From: a bacterium
GTDB lineage: Bacteria; Patescibacteriota; Patescibacteriia; UBA10025
Reading direction: 5' to 3'
DNA: 64,000 nucleotides
Assembly: GCA_021815445.1 (NCBI GenBank)
Contig: JAKAGM010000001.1
Span: forward strand, 299,527-363,526
In this document: positions 1-9,074 of the stretch, one piece after another
Position numbering within the stretch: the stretch's first letter is position 1
How the letters are laid out: the number at the start of each line of letters is the position of its first letter
Translations under genes and position numbers: made by a program
Notes under the pieces: model-generated
What the model was told of the DNA's origin: nothing
The model's database searches: none
Seen by the model: only the letters and a program-made list of their open reading frames with translations

Positions 1-805
1 TGCTGTGAAAGATTCTGCTCCGATTTCGTCTGAAAGAGAATATGGCGCGCGCGCACCTCAAGTGCAGATTGTCCATTTTCCTGCACCGTTTTCTCTTCTT
101 CTTTTTTTATAATATGGTATCCGTATGATGTTTGGACGAGTTCATGAGTGATTTCCCCCACCTTCAGCTTGTCGAAAATCTGCGCATCAAATTCCGGAAC
201 AAGTTGGCCTCTTTTGACAAACCCTAGGTCACCCCCAAGTTTTTTGCCGCTTGCATCAGTGTTTCCCGGATCTTCCGAGTATTTATTAGCAAGCGCTGGA
301 AAATCAGCGCCAGGTTTGATCGCATCTGCGAGTACGTTCTCGGCTTTCTGTTTTTGGCTGTCATTATAGGCTTTCAATGCTTCCTTTTGCCCGGCATCCA
401 ATGTCTGCGCCCCTTGCTCGCGAAATTCAAGCAGTGGAGTTTCCCCTATCTGCTTAATTGCGTCCTGAATGTCCGTTACGCCAGGTAATTCAACAATCAC
501 GCGCCATGTGCTTCCAGTTTGGTTCGTTTGTACGATGGGTTCTGAAACGCCAAAAGCGTTCACGCGACGTTCAATGACGTCCCGCACACCTTCAGCGGCA
601 TTTTGTTTGTCCGCTGAGGCAAGCTGGCTGGTGTCGGCCGTGTAAACAAGTTCTGCGCCACCTTTGAGATCAAGCCCAAGATGAACTTTAAGCTCGCGCA
701 CCGTTGAGCCAATTTTTAAGTTGGGCCCTTTGGGATAATCAACGAGGCCTGCAAGCGCCGCGAGGATGAGTATACTAGCAAATGTTATCCAAACTTTTCT
801 GCGCA
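1..805 (-). CDS. Partial CDS (N-terminus in window, continues past position 1). SecD-like N-terminal TM plus periplasmic P1 head domain, followed by parvulin-type (PpiC/PrsA-like) PPIase domains.
   Basis: Manual reverse translation from the ATG at 803-805 gives MRRKVWITFASILILAALAGLVDYPKGP...LGLDLKGG...ERRVNAFGVSEPIVQTNQTGSTWRVIVELPGVTD...LLEFRE. This aligns with the E. coli SecD P1 head ([31 protein letters not shown]...TLEFR). It is followed by KYSEDPGNTDASGKKLGGDLGFVKRGQLVPEFD...SYGYHII (parvulin C-terminal half) and a second VRARHILF parvulin start. It is absent from the ORF track because there is no in-window stop. Confidence 0.6.
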
Positions 806-844
806 TGGAAATGTTAGAGTTATGTATCACATCTTAGCATAGCC

Positions 845-874
845 AAAAAACGCCCGCAATACACTAGCCGGGCG
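845..874 (-). terminator. Rho-independent terminator candidate downstream of the FG-GAP/L,D-transpeptidase gene
   Basis: Plus strand has aaaaaa then cgcccg-caatacactagc-cgggcg (6-bp GC stem). Read on the minus strand this is a hairpin followed by T6. Confidence 0.5.
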
Positions 875-901
875 AGCGCAAAACTGCGGATCGCGGCTTT
901 C

Positions 902-2308
902 TTAATCTCTGACTACCACCTTCGTGCCCATCGGAGCCCATTGATAAAGCCACTGTGCTTGCGAGTAGGGAATGTTCACGCAGCCGTGACTTTTCCTCCT
1001 GCCGAAATCATTATGCCAGTATGCTCCGTGAAGAAATCGAGGCCCGTCGTATCGCATATTCCAAAGGGTATTTGGAAGGTAATAACCGGGACCCTGATAC
1101 AGTTTTGAATACGTTTTTTCATAAATATTAAACGTCCCCTTGTGCGTGTCATACCCTGGTAATCCCGTGGAAACAAGAAAGCTGCGGACAACGCGGCCAT
1201 ACTCATACGCATATAATCTTTGCTCGTTTAAACTCACCTCTATGTATTTGGGGACATCGGTTTTCCCGTCGGCATTCCAGCTCGCAGGCGCAGTCACAAC
1301 TTCATCCTTGCCGTCACGCGTGAGGTCGCCTGCGGCGACATTAACACCTCCCCTAAAATCACTTTCATAGGAGAAAAAGTTTATTGCGTAGGGCTTTCCA
1401 TTTCCGTTGAACACCCGCACCTGCGGTCCGCCGCCTGACCGAGCTCCAACAATTATTTCATCAACCCCATTTCCATCAATGTCTCCTGACGACAAATCAA
1501 CTCCCCCCTTAAAACTGTCGCCGAAGGCCTTGAACATTCCAAAAGTAGTTTCTTTTCCCGCTCTGTTTACCACCTTTATCCAGGACAAATCCTGGCTTTG
1601 CACACCTGTAACGATTTCCGTGCTTGTGCCACCATTAACATTCGCAGTTGCTACCGTCACGCCGCCGCGGAAATTTCTATCAAAGGCAAAAAAGCTATCC
1701 ATTGGATGGCCAAAGCGGTTGAAAATCCGTACCTGCGGTCCGCCTCCGGGACCTGCGCCTACAATGATTTCTTTCTGACCGTCTCCGTTATAATCACCAA
1801 TGGCAATATTCACTCCTCCCCGGAATGATTCATTAAACGCATAAAAACCGGGTGTAAATTTCTGATGCCCGTTGACGTCAAAAACCCGCACATGGGGAGC
1901 TCCCCCTTGACGTGGCGCCGTAATTATTTCTTCCCGGCCATCACCGTCAAGATCGCCGACGGCAACATTAATCCCCGAACGCATATTTCGGTTATACGCA
2001 AGAAAGTGTGAGACCTCGCTTCCGTCTGCCCGGAGCACACGCACATTTGGTTCACCGCCCTGTCCCGGCGCAGTAACAATATCATCCAATCCAGTATCCT
2101 CAAGGTCTCCTACGGCTATCTGCACTCCCCCTTGAAATTTCTTGTCATACGGCACAATTGTTTTCTCGACCGTGTTCTGCTGGAACACCCTCACCTCGGG
2201 TGCGCGGGTGAAAGCAGCGTGGGCACTCGGTGCGGTAAAAACGAAAAGAACGCACAGGATAAATGTCCCAGCAAAAAAGAAGGGGTATGAGATAACTTTT
2301 GTTTTCAT
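902..2308 (-). CDS. Secreted FG-GAP repeat protein with C-terminal YkuD-type L,D-transpeptidase catalytic domain
   Basis: N-terminal signal peptide (MKTKVISYPFFFAGTFILCVLFVFTAPSAHA). Repeated GDxDGDG FG-GAP motifs (VGDLDGDGREEII, GDYNGDGQKEII, GDIDGNGVDEII). C-terminal HG...SHGCVN motif typical of the L,D-transpeptidase active site. Confidence 0.8.
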   Translation of the reverse strand: MKTKVISYPFFFAGTFILCVLFVFTAPSAHAAFTRAPEVRVFQQNTVEKTIVPYDKKFQGGVQIAVGDLEDTGLDDIVTAPGQGGEPNVRVLRADGSEVSHFLAYNRNMRSGINVAVGDLDGDGREEIITAPRQGGAPHVRVFDVNGHQKFTPGFYAFNESFRGGVNIAIGDYNGDGQKEIIVGAGPGGGPQVRIFNRFGHPMDSFFAFDRNFRGGVTVATANVNGGTSTEIVTGVQSQDLSWIKVVNRAGKETTFGMFKAFGDSFKGGVDLSSGDIDGNGVDEIIVGARSGGGPQVRVFNGNGKPYAINFFSYESDFRGGVNVAAGDLTRDGKDEVVTAPASWNADGKTDVPKYIEVSLNEQRLYAYEYGRVVRSFLVSTGLPGYDTHKGTFNIYEKTYSKLYQGPGYYLPNTLWNMRYDGPRFLHGAYWHNDFGRRKSHGCVNIPYSQAQWLYQWAPMGTKVVVRD

Positions 2309-2344
2309 TTTGATTTTATTGGCTTTTTTTGATTTTCTGTTTAT

Positions 2345-2376
2345 AGTATACCATCAAAACTCCTTTTTGTAAAGGG
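2345..2376 (-). promoter_or_regulatory. Extended -10 promoter candidate (TGgTATACT on minus strand) for the L,D-transpeptidase gene
   Basis: Minus-strand sequence ...ttttgaTGgTATACTataaac about 35 nt upstream of the ATG at 2308. The -35 is weak. Confidence 0.35.
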
Positions 2377-2415
2377 TAGGATGGCTATTCCTCTTGTTGC
2401 TATGACTACAGGAAA

Positions 2416-5163
2416 CTAAACAGTTCTCATCCTTCTTTGGTGCTCTTCGGTGTTGATCAGCCCGCACTTCTTATATTTCACGCCTGAGCCGCAAGGGCAG
2501 GGGTCGTTACGCCCAACTTTTTCCCCGTCAGAAGTTTTTGGCGTAGCTGATAATTGAGGCTTTTGCTCAGGATGAGGTTGCGCAGAGGACGATATGCTTT
2601 GAAATTGGCTTGGTTCGGACATCGAGATATTCGGAGTTTCGTGTAAGCGCTGAGCAAGCGGGGTTTCGGCCACAGCCTTCGCTGCGGCAACTTTATAGAT
2701 AGAATACACAATCTGCTTCTGTATATTATTCATTAACTCGGTAAAAAGTCTGTAAGCTTCTTTTTTGTACTCGACGAGAGGATCCTGCTGCGCATATCCG
2801 CGAAGACCTATTCCTTGACGCAGATGGTCCATGAGATCCAGGTGTTCTATCCAAAGCGTATCGATAGCCCTTAGATAGAGCGCACGCTCAATAGTATCCA
2901 TGAGGTCTGCATCATTCACCCGGCCGATCAATTCCTGATAGGACTTACTGGCGAGAGATGTAAGATACCCGATAATCGCAGTACGTGCTGTCGGTTCTTT
3001 CGGCATATCAGCAACATGACCGCGCATGTCCTCAAGCTTAATTCTGTCCTGAAGCGATATGGGGAAAATAGTGTCGACGACTTCATAGATCTCATCAATA
3101 TTCCAACGTGTTTGGTCGGGGTCCGAGGAGTGGAAAGAAACCACCTGCTCTATTTCTTGAGTTATCAGTTCCATGATTCTGGATCTGACATTTTTTTGTC
3201 CCTCGGCGAGCTTTGGGTTCGCTCCTCCCAGGATGCCCCTTCGGAGGCCGTATACTACCTCTCTGTGTTTATTAATAACATCGTCGTACTCTACAATATG
3301 CTTGCGAATATCAAAATTATGCCCCTCAACTTTTTTCTGGGCCGATTCTATTGATCTCGAAATCATCCTGTTCTCAATAGGCATATCATCAGGCACTCCG
3401 AGCCTATCCATCATGCCCTTCATCCTGTCCGACCCGAAAATGCGCATGAGGTCATCCTCCATGGAGACGTAAAACTGGCTTGAACCCGGATCGCCCTGGC
3501 GTCCGGAGCGTCCGCGCAACTGGTTGTCTATGCGCCGTGATTCATGCCGCTCAGTGCCTATCATATGCAGCCCTCCAAGCGACCGAACTTCATCGGCAAG
3601 TTTACTGTCAGGAGGATTCCCCCCTAAAATAATGTCGACTCCCCTACCAGCCATATTCGTCGCCACGGTGACAGCCCCCTTCCGTCCGGCTTGGGCGATA
3701 ATGAGCGCTTCTTTTTCATGGTTCTTAGCGTTTAAAATACTGCATTCGATCCCCTCCCTGCTGAGAATTTCGGCGACGAGCTCATTTTTTTCGATGGAGA
3801 TGGTCCCGATAAGCAGGGGCTGGCCGAGCTCATGACGGGTCTTGATCTCCCGAGCAAGCGCCTGAAACTTCCCTTTTTCATTTTTATATACGCGATCAGG
3901 CAGGTCCTTGCGTATCATCTCTTTATTGGGAGGGACCTGCACTGTTTCCAGTCGGTATATTTTGGCGAATTCCTCGGCTTCCGTTGCAGCGGTCCCGGTC
4001 ATGCCGGAAAGTTTTTTGTATAGCCTGAAATAATTCTGGAACGTTATTGTTGCGAGCGTTTGGCTTTCCTGTTTCACTTCTACGCCCTCTTTCGCCTCAA
4101 TTGCCTGGTGTAATCCTTCGGAGTAACGCCGTCCATACATGAGCCGGCCGGTAAACTCATCTACTATAATAATTTCACCCTCGCGGACCACATAATCACG
4201 ATCACGCTTAAATAGCGCCTTTGCCTTGAGCGCCTGCTCAACATGATGGACATTTTCTATTCCACCAGCCTCATAAATATTGCCGATGCCCAGAGAGCGC
4301 TCAATTTTAGTCATGCCTTCCTGGGTAAGTGAGGCGGCGCGCATTTTTTCATCAACATTATAGTCGGGTCCCTCTTCTAACCTTTGAACTAGCTGTGCGA
4401 ATTTATAATACAGCTGACTGGAATCCTCTGCCGGAGCGGATATGATAAGGGGGGTTCGCGCTTCGTCAATGAGGATACTGTCCACCTCATCCACTATGGC
4501 GAAGTTAAGCGACCTCTGCACACATTGCTCAAACGAGGGGGCCATATTGTCACGAAGGTAATCAAAACCGAATTCATTATTCGTGCCGTACGTAATATCA
4601 GCCGCGTAAGCTTCCTGCCTCAGTACCGGACGCAGGAAATTGGTTTGCGGGTCCTTACTCTCATACGAGGAGTCGTAGAGAAACGCTGCGTCATGCTGGA
4701 TACATGCAACGGACAGCCCGAGCGCTTCATAGAGCGGACCCATCCATGCGGTGTCCCGTTTGGCCAGATAGTCATTGACTGTTACCACATGCACTCCTTT
4801 TTGCGAAAGGGTGTTCAGACAAACGGCGAGCGTAGCAGCTAAGGTCTTGCCCTCCCCTGTCTTCATCTCAGCAACTTTGCCTTCATGTAAAACCATCCCG
4901 CCGATAAGCTGGACGTCAAAATGGCGCATGTGTAAGCTGCGCCTACTCTGCTCCCGTACAAGGGCAAATACGTCGGTGAGTATTTGGTCTATGGAGGTAC
5001 CCTGTTCGACCTTTTTTTTATATTCGATAAACAATCCGCGAAGTTTATCATCGGGAAGTTTTTTTAGGTTATCCTCAGCTGCATTAATGCTACGAACCTT
5101 CGATAGATAAGTATTGAGTGTGCGCCTATTCGGATCACCAAATAGGGTATGAAAAAGTGACAT
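2416..5163 (-). CDS. secA: Preprotein translocase ATPase SecA
   Basis: 915 aa. N-terminal DEAD-like motor (KTGEGKTLAATLAVCLN), preprotein cross-linking and helical scaffold regions, C-terminal zinc-binding tail CPCGSGVKYKKCG. Confidence 0.97.
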   Translation of the reverse strand: MSLFHTLFGDPNRRTLNTYLSKVRSINAAEDNLKKLPDDKLRGLFIEYKKKVEQGTSIDQILTDVFALVREQSRRSLHMRHFDVQLIGGMVLHEGKVAEMKTGEGKTLAATLAVCLNTLSQKGVHVVTVNDYLAKRDTAWMGPLYEALGLSVACIQHDAAFLYDSSYESKDPQTNFLRPVLRQEAYAADITYGTNNEFGFDYLRDNMAPSFEQCVQRSLNFAIVDEVDSILIDEARTPLIISAPAEDSSQLYYKFAQLVQRLEEGPDYNVDEKMRAASLTQEGMTKIERSLGIGNIYEAGGIENVHHVEQALKAKALFKRDRDYVVREGEIIIVDEFTGRLMYGRRYSEGLHQAIEAKEGVEVKQESQTLATITFQNYFRLYKKLSGMTGTAATEAEEFAKIYRLETVQVPPNKEMIRKDLPDRVYKNEKGKFQALAREIKTRHELGQPLLIGTISIEKNELVAEILSREGIECSILNAKNHEKEALIIAQAGRKGAVTVATNMAGRGVDIILGGNPPDSKLADEVRSLGGLHMIGTERHESRRIDNQLRGRSGRQGDPGSSQFYVSMEDDLMRIFGSDRMKGMMDRLGVPDDMPIENRMISRSIESAQKKVEGHNFDIRKHIVEYDDVINKHREVVYGLRRGILGGANPKLAEGQKNVRSRIMELITQEIEQVVSFHSSDPDQTRWNIDEIYEVVDTIFPISLQDRIKLEDMRGHVADMPKEPTARTAIIGYLTSLASKSYQELIGRVNDADLMDTIERALYLRAIDTLWIEHLDLMDHLRQGIGLRGYAQQDPLVEYKKEAYRLFTELMNNIQKQIVYSIYKVAAAKAVAETPLAQRLHETPNISMSEPSQFQSISSSAQPHPEQKPQLSATPKTSDGEKVGRNDPCPCGSGVKYKKCGLINTEEHQRRMRTV

Positions 5164-5247
5164 AGTGATGCTTATTGTATCGCGTTTGGACTAAAAGTAA
5201 AAGAGGGCGCTTGACCCCCTTATGTTCGTTGCTCACGGCTGAAACAC

Positions 5248-6135
5248 TTATGCTCCTTTCGGAATTCGTTTGGGATATGACTTGTAGCAAATCAGCTTGT
5301 GCACGATTTTTGCCGCAATAAAGTCAGGCGCTGCGACTCCAGGGATTGGCGCTAGCTCGACTACATCGGCGCCAACAACATTGCATGATCGGAAAACGAA
5401 ACGCAGTGTACTCATGAGGTCATCCCAAGTCCAACCTCCTGGCTCAGGAGTTCCTGTCGCGTGCATGAAGGATGGATCGAGGACATCAAGATCAATTGTC
5501 AAGTAGACGTGCTTTGTTAAACGGCCAAGTACCGCCTCAAATGGGGGCGGGCTGCCGTAGAAGACGTCATGCTGCCATCGGCGTGTGGAAATCGCTCGAG
5601 CTTCCTCGGCGCATTGACTTCGAATGCCGCATTGCACTACGTTCGAGACGACCTCTCGGCAACGTTTCATCACACATGCATGATTATATCGAGATCCCTC
5701 GTACTTCTCACGCAAATCGGTGTGCGCGTCAAGCTGGAGAATTGAAAGGTCATTGTACTTTCTTTGATACCCCCGCACAGCTCCAAGGGTAATAGAGTGT
5801 TCGCCGCCCAGCGTAATCTGAAATTTCCCGTATTGGGCGTTTTTTGCCGTAACGTGCTGAACCATATTAATCACCTGCGCCGGTGAATCAGTGGAAGGTT
5901 CCAGCTCGGGAAGCGTATATACCGGCAGTTTCGAAATATCTTGCTTCAATTCAATATCATAGAGCTCGACCTGCCTCGATGCTGTAATAATCGCTTGAGG
6001 GCCGAGACTCGTTCCGTGCTGATATGAAACAGTGCCTTCATATGGCACGGGAAAAATGACGACCCGGGACTTCTTGAAGTTCGGGTTTTCGATGCCGTAA
6101 TAATTATACGGGGGGCGTAGAGAGACTAAAGACAT
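5248..6135 (-). CDS. speB: Agmatinase (arginase/ureohydrolase family)
   Basis: 295 aa. GGEHSITLGAV, LQLDAHTDL and DLDVLDPSF...GTPEPGG match the Mn-binding arginase-fold motifs. Lies directly downstream of an arginine decarboxylase gene. Confidence 0.85.
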   Translation of the reverse strand: MSLVSLRPPYNYYGIENPNFKKSRVVIFPVPYEGTVSYQHGTSLGPQAIITASRQVELYDIELKQDISKLPVYTLPELEPSTDSPAQVINMVQHVTAKNAQYGKFQITLGGEHSITLGAVRGYQRKYNDLSILQLDAHTDLREKYEGSRYNHACVMKRCREVVSNVVQCGIRSQCAEEARAISTRRWQHDVFYGSPPPFEAVLGRLTKHVYLTIDLDVLDPSFMHATGTPEPGGWTWDDLMSTLRFVFRSCNVVGADVVELAPIPGVAAPDFIAAKIVHKLICYKSYPKRIPKGA

Positions 6136-6141
6136 AATAAG

Positions 6142-7683
6142 CTACCAACCAAAGAGTTTTCCCACTTCTTCTGCCGATTCTCGACGGCGTATTGTTTTCG
6201 CCTCACCGCTCGAAAGACTTATTTTAGCAGGAGAGGACAATAGGCAGTGATGCGAAGCAAGGGCGTCCTGATATGCTCCTGTGTCTAGGAAGGCCACATA
6301 GAGATTCTCCCCCTCTGGCAGATCCTCGAGCCGAGGAAGCAGAAGGTAAGCCCCGTGCGCAATGTATTTATCATCTGTGTCACAACTCAATCCTGCAAAC
6401 CAGCATCGGTGAAACTTTCGCGCGTCAAGCTTATTGATCGGAACAACGTGCCACATCTGGTGTATGGCCCAAGTATCGAGAAGATCGTTCATAAAACTCC
6501 CATCGATGATATACCACTTACGGGCATTCCCCTTGGGAATGTTCTTCATGGAGATGACTTTAAAAACCGAAATTTGCGCCGGTGCGATGATATAGCGCCC
6601 CCATTCACAGATAATATCTGGGTGATTTATTTTTTTCGATTCGCAAAAATGAACCATAAACTTGATAAGCTTCCTGACGAGATTATCGACACTGATGACT
6701 TTTGTGCGCTCGTAAGGTATCGGCATCCCGCCGCCGATATCCAATGTGTCTAATGACGGGTTAATTTTCTGTAAACGTACATAAAACTGCATTGCGCGTT
6801 TTACTGTATCAAGTATGTGTTTTGGTTGCTCAATTTGCGAGCCAACGTGATAGTGGAGTATTTTTAGGTTCTTTATCTTGCCAAGACGGAGAATTTCACG
6901 AGGAAGAAGCCCGAACCTGTTAATTCGCTTGTCCCAATGGGAATCGACTGAGACGTCAAGGTCTATGCGAATGCCGACATCTCCTCGGAATGCTTTTAAA
7001 AGTTCGTACTCATGGAGATCTTCGATGATGGGAATAATTTTCAGGTCATTACGCAGTAATTCATCGATCAGCTCAAGATACTTTTGATCCTTCGGGCCGT
7101 TACAGAGCACTTTTATTTTCGGATTGAAATTTTCCTGCTCCCACATCCTCTTGACTAAGTAGAGCTCATTATACGAGGCAACTTCGAGATTAGCGCCCTC
7201 TCCGACGAGAGGAAGGATAAACTCCTTGTTTTGGTTCACCTTCATTGGGTAATGGTAAAAAAACTTGCCTTTGTAACGCGAGATCTTGATGTAGAAATTG
7301 AAAATACTCAATAGGTCATCAAGCCTGTCCTTTGCGATAAACGGAAAGAAAAGCTCAAGAGGCGTACCGAATTTCTTCACAAGCTCTTTGACATTGTACA
7401 GATAGTTTCCTTCTTGCACGATAAGCTCACCGTCTTTTGCAATGTCAAAAACGTCGGTGTTGAAATCGGCATTACCGAGCTTCCAGAATTTCTTCTGCTT
7501 TCTGCTCTGGGGGCTGTTATACTTACCGACCTCCGTCTTGACATCAAGAGGAGTCGGAATCTTCATCTCAGGGAGCCAGCGCGCTAATACTTTTTTTTGG
7601 CTGTCTCCATTTGCTTCACTGCCTTCTTTGGTCAGGGTTAAGCTCTTCCTCGTGGTTGGCGCTGCGGTAATATGGTTATTCAT
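6142..7683 (-). CDS. speA: Biosynthetic arginine decarboxylase (fold-III PLP decarboxylase)
   Basis: 513 aa. HYHVGSQ...FYVRLQK...LDIGGGMPIPYE aligns with the E. coli SpeA HFHLGSQ...FYVELHK...DVGGGLGVDYEG motif. Operon partner of the agmatinase. Confidence 0.75.
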   Translation of the reverse strand: MNNHITAAPTTRKSLTLTKEGSEANGDSQKKVLARWLPEMKIPTPLDVKTEVGKYNSPQSRKQKKFWKLGNADFNTDVFDIAKDGELIVQEGNYLYNVKELVKKFGTPLELFFPFIAKDRLDDLLSIFNFYIKISRYKGKFFYHYPMKVNQNKEFILPLVGEGANLEVASYNELYLVKRMWEQENFNPKIKVLCNGPKDQKYLELIDELLRNDLKIIPIIEDLHEYELLKAFRGDVGIRIDLDVSVDSHWDKRINRFGLLPREILRLGKIKNLKILHYHVGSQIEQPKHILDTVKRAMQFYVRLQKINPSLDTLDIGGGMPIPYERTKVISVDNLVRKLIKFMVHFCESKKINHPDIICEWGRYIIAPAQISVFKVISMKNIPKGNARKWYIIDGSFMNDLLDTWAIHQMWHVVPINKLDARKFHRCWFAGLSCDTDDKYIAHGAYLLLPRLEDLPEGENLYVAFLDTGAYQDALASHHCLLSSPAKISLSSGEAKTIRRRESAEEVGKLFGW

Positions 7684-7792
7684 GTCTGGTTATAATATTT
7701 TTACAAATGGAATAGTATAGTTAAAACCTGAAAGACACAATGAAAAAAAGCTGTGGATAACTCAGGAAATGGCCGCACGTTAAAATATGTAC

Positions 7793-8125
7793 CTACAGGA
7801 AGGAAGCGCGGGGGGACCTTTTCCTCTGCGACTGGAGTTTTTCCTTATACCGCTCGACTTGCCTGACTAACTTAGGCATACAAAGATCAATAGCTTCCTG
7901 TATGTGCTCAGCCCTCTCGCCAGCTTTAAAATATCGCCCATTGACTAGCGCTGATGCTTCAGCACGGAATCTGACGCCCGTAGTTTGATTTTTGTCAGCA
8001 TCGAGCTCAACTTTTATTTCCTGTATGGACTTAGAAAAATGTGAAAGCTTTGCCGTATGCTTGATAACATATGCTTTCAGGGTATCGGTGAGCTTAAAGT
8101 CTTTTGCAGATATAATAACGTTCAT
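7793..8125 (-). CDS. hpf: Ribosome hibernation promoting factor (short HPF/RaiA family)
   Basis: 110 aa. MNVIISAKDFKLTDTLKAYV...IQEIKVELD...GERAEHIQEAIDL is the S30AE/YfiA fold pattern. Confidence 0.8.
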   Translation of the reverse strand: MNVIISAKDFKLTDTLKAYVIKHTAKLSHFSKSIQEIKVELDADKNQTTGVRFRAEASALVNGRYFKAGERAEHIQEAIDLCMPKLVRQVERYKEKLQSQRKRSPRASFL

Positions 8126-8133
8126 AATACAGA

Positions 8134-9021
8134 TTAGAATCCTACATATTTAATTTCTTCTTGAAGCTGTACGCCAAACTTGTCGCGGACTTGCTGTTTA
8201 ATATAGCTGATGAGAATAACGATATCTTCTGCGCGGGCGGCACCCGTATTAACGATAAAATTGGCGTGATCGGGAGAAACCATGGCTCCTCCAATCTTTT
8301 TACCTTTTAATCCGGCTTGCTCTATCAGCAGTCCGGCGGATTTTTGAGAAGGGTTCTTAAAAACGCACCCCGCGCATGCGTCACCCGCAGGTTGATGTCC
8401 TCGCTTTAAAATAAATTGACGGGCCAATTGCTTGATTTCAGCCGCAGGCGCGGAAGCAAGATCAAATTCAGCAGCGACAACCACTTCCTTGTCACTGTAC
8501 TTAAACCTGCTATATCGGTACGAGAAATCACACTGCGTTTTTGGAATTTTTTGCATTGTACCGTCCATCGACACGATGTGTACAAATGTTAAATGATCTG
8601 AAATCCATTTTTGCGAAGTGCCGGCGTTCCCTGCGACCGCCCCGCCGACAGTTCCTGGAATACCAGACAAATGCTCGAGCCCTGCGAGTCCGGCTTGCAT
8701 GGACTTCTGGACGCATTGCTGGAGCGGAGTGCCTGATTCTGCGACAAGATGGACACCGTCTATTGTCACCCCGACATTTCGGATACGAATGACCACCCCA
8801 TCAAAACCTTTGTCAGATACGAGGATATTACTTCCGCCGCCGAGGATAAAATGCGGAATCCCGAGTTCCACCGACGCGCGGACAGCCTTACCAATCTGCT
8901 CTCGGTTTTTAGCTTCGACGAAGTACTTAGCAGGACCGCCTATCTTAAATGTGGAGTATTGCGCCAAGGGTTCGTCAGTCTTGACGCCTGTAATGTAGTC
9001 AGCCAGCTTGCGCGATTTCAT
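8134..9021 (-). CDS. murB: UDP-N-acetylenolpyruvoylglucosamine reductase MurB
   Basis: 295 aa. FAD-binding N-terminus YSTFKIGGPAKYFVEAKN...ILGGGSNIL. Lies in the dcw cluster. Confidence 0.9.
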   Translation of the reverse strand: MKSRKLADYITGVKTDEPLAQYSTFKIGGPAKYFVEAKNREQIGKAVRASVELGIPHFILGGGSNILVSDKGFDGVVIRIRNVGVTIDGVHLVAESGTPLQQCVQKSMQAGLAGLEHLSGIPGTVGGAVAGNAGTSQKWISDHLTFVHIVSMDGTMQKIPKTQCDFSYRYSRFKYSDKEVVVAAEFDLASAPAAEIKQLARQFILKRGHQPAGDACAGCVFKNPSQKSAGLLIEQAGLKGKKIGGAMVSPDHANFIVNTGAARAEDIVILISYIKQQVRDKFGVQLQEEIKYVGF

Positions 9022-9074
9022 ACTAGACAGTGTAGCACACTTTCGTTGATCCGAGTGGACACGCCGCCACCTGC

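Noticed and set aside
148-369. 73-aa plus-strand ORF at window start
   Set aside because: Lies antisense inside the well-supported SecD-like/parvulin coding region. Low-complexity Ser/Pro-rich translation with no start context.
976-1828. Several 76-123 aa ORFs (976-1212 minus, 1140-1370, 1407-1778, 1598-1828 plus) overlapping the FG-GAP/LDT gene
   Set aside because: Alternative-frame or antisense reads of a gene whose repeats and catalytic motif are clearly in the 902-2308 minus frame.
5164-5247. Possible terminator between agmatinase stop and secA start (agggggtcaagcgccctctttt on minus strand)
   Set aside because: Stem is only about 4 bp with mismatches. More likely just part of the secA promoter/leader.
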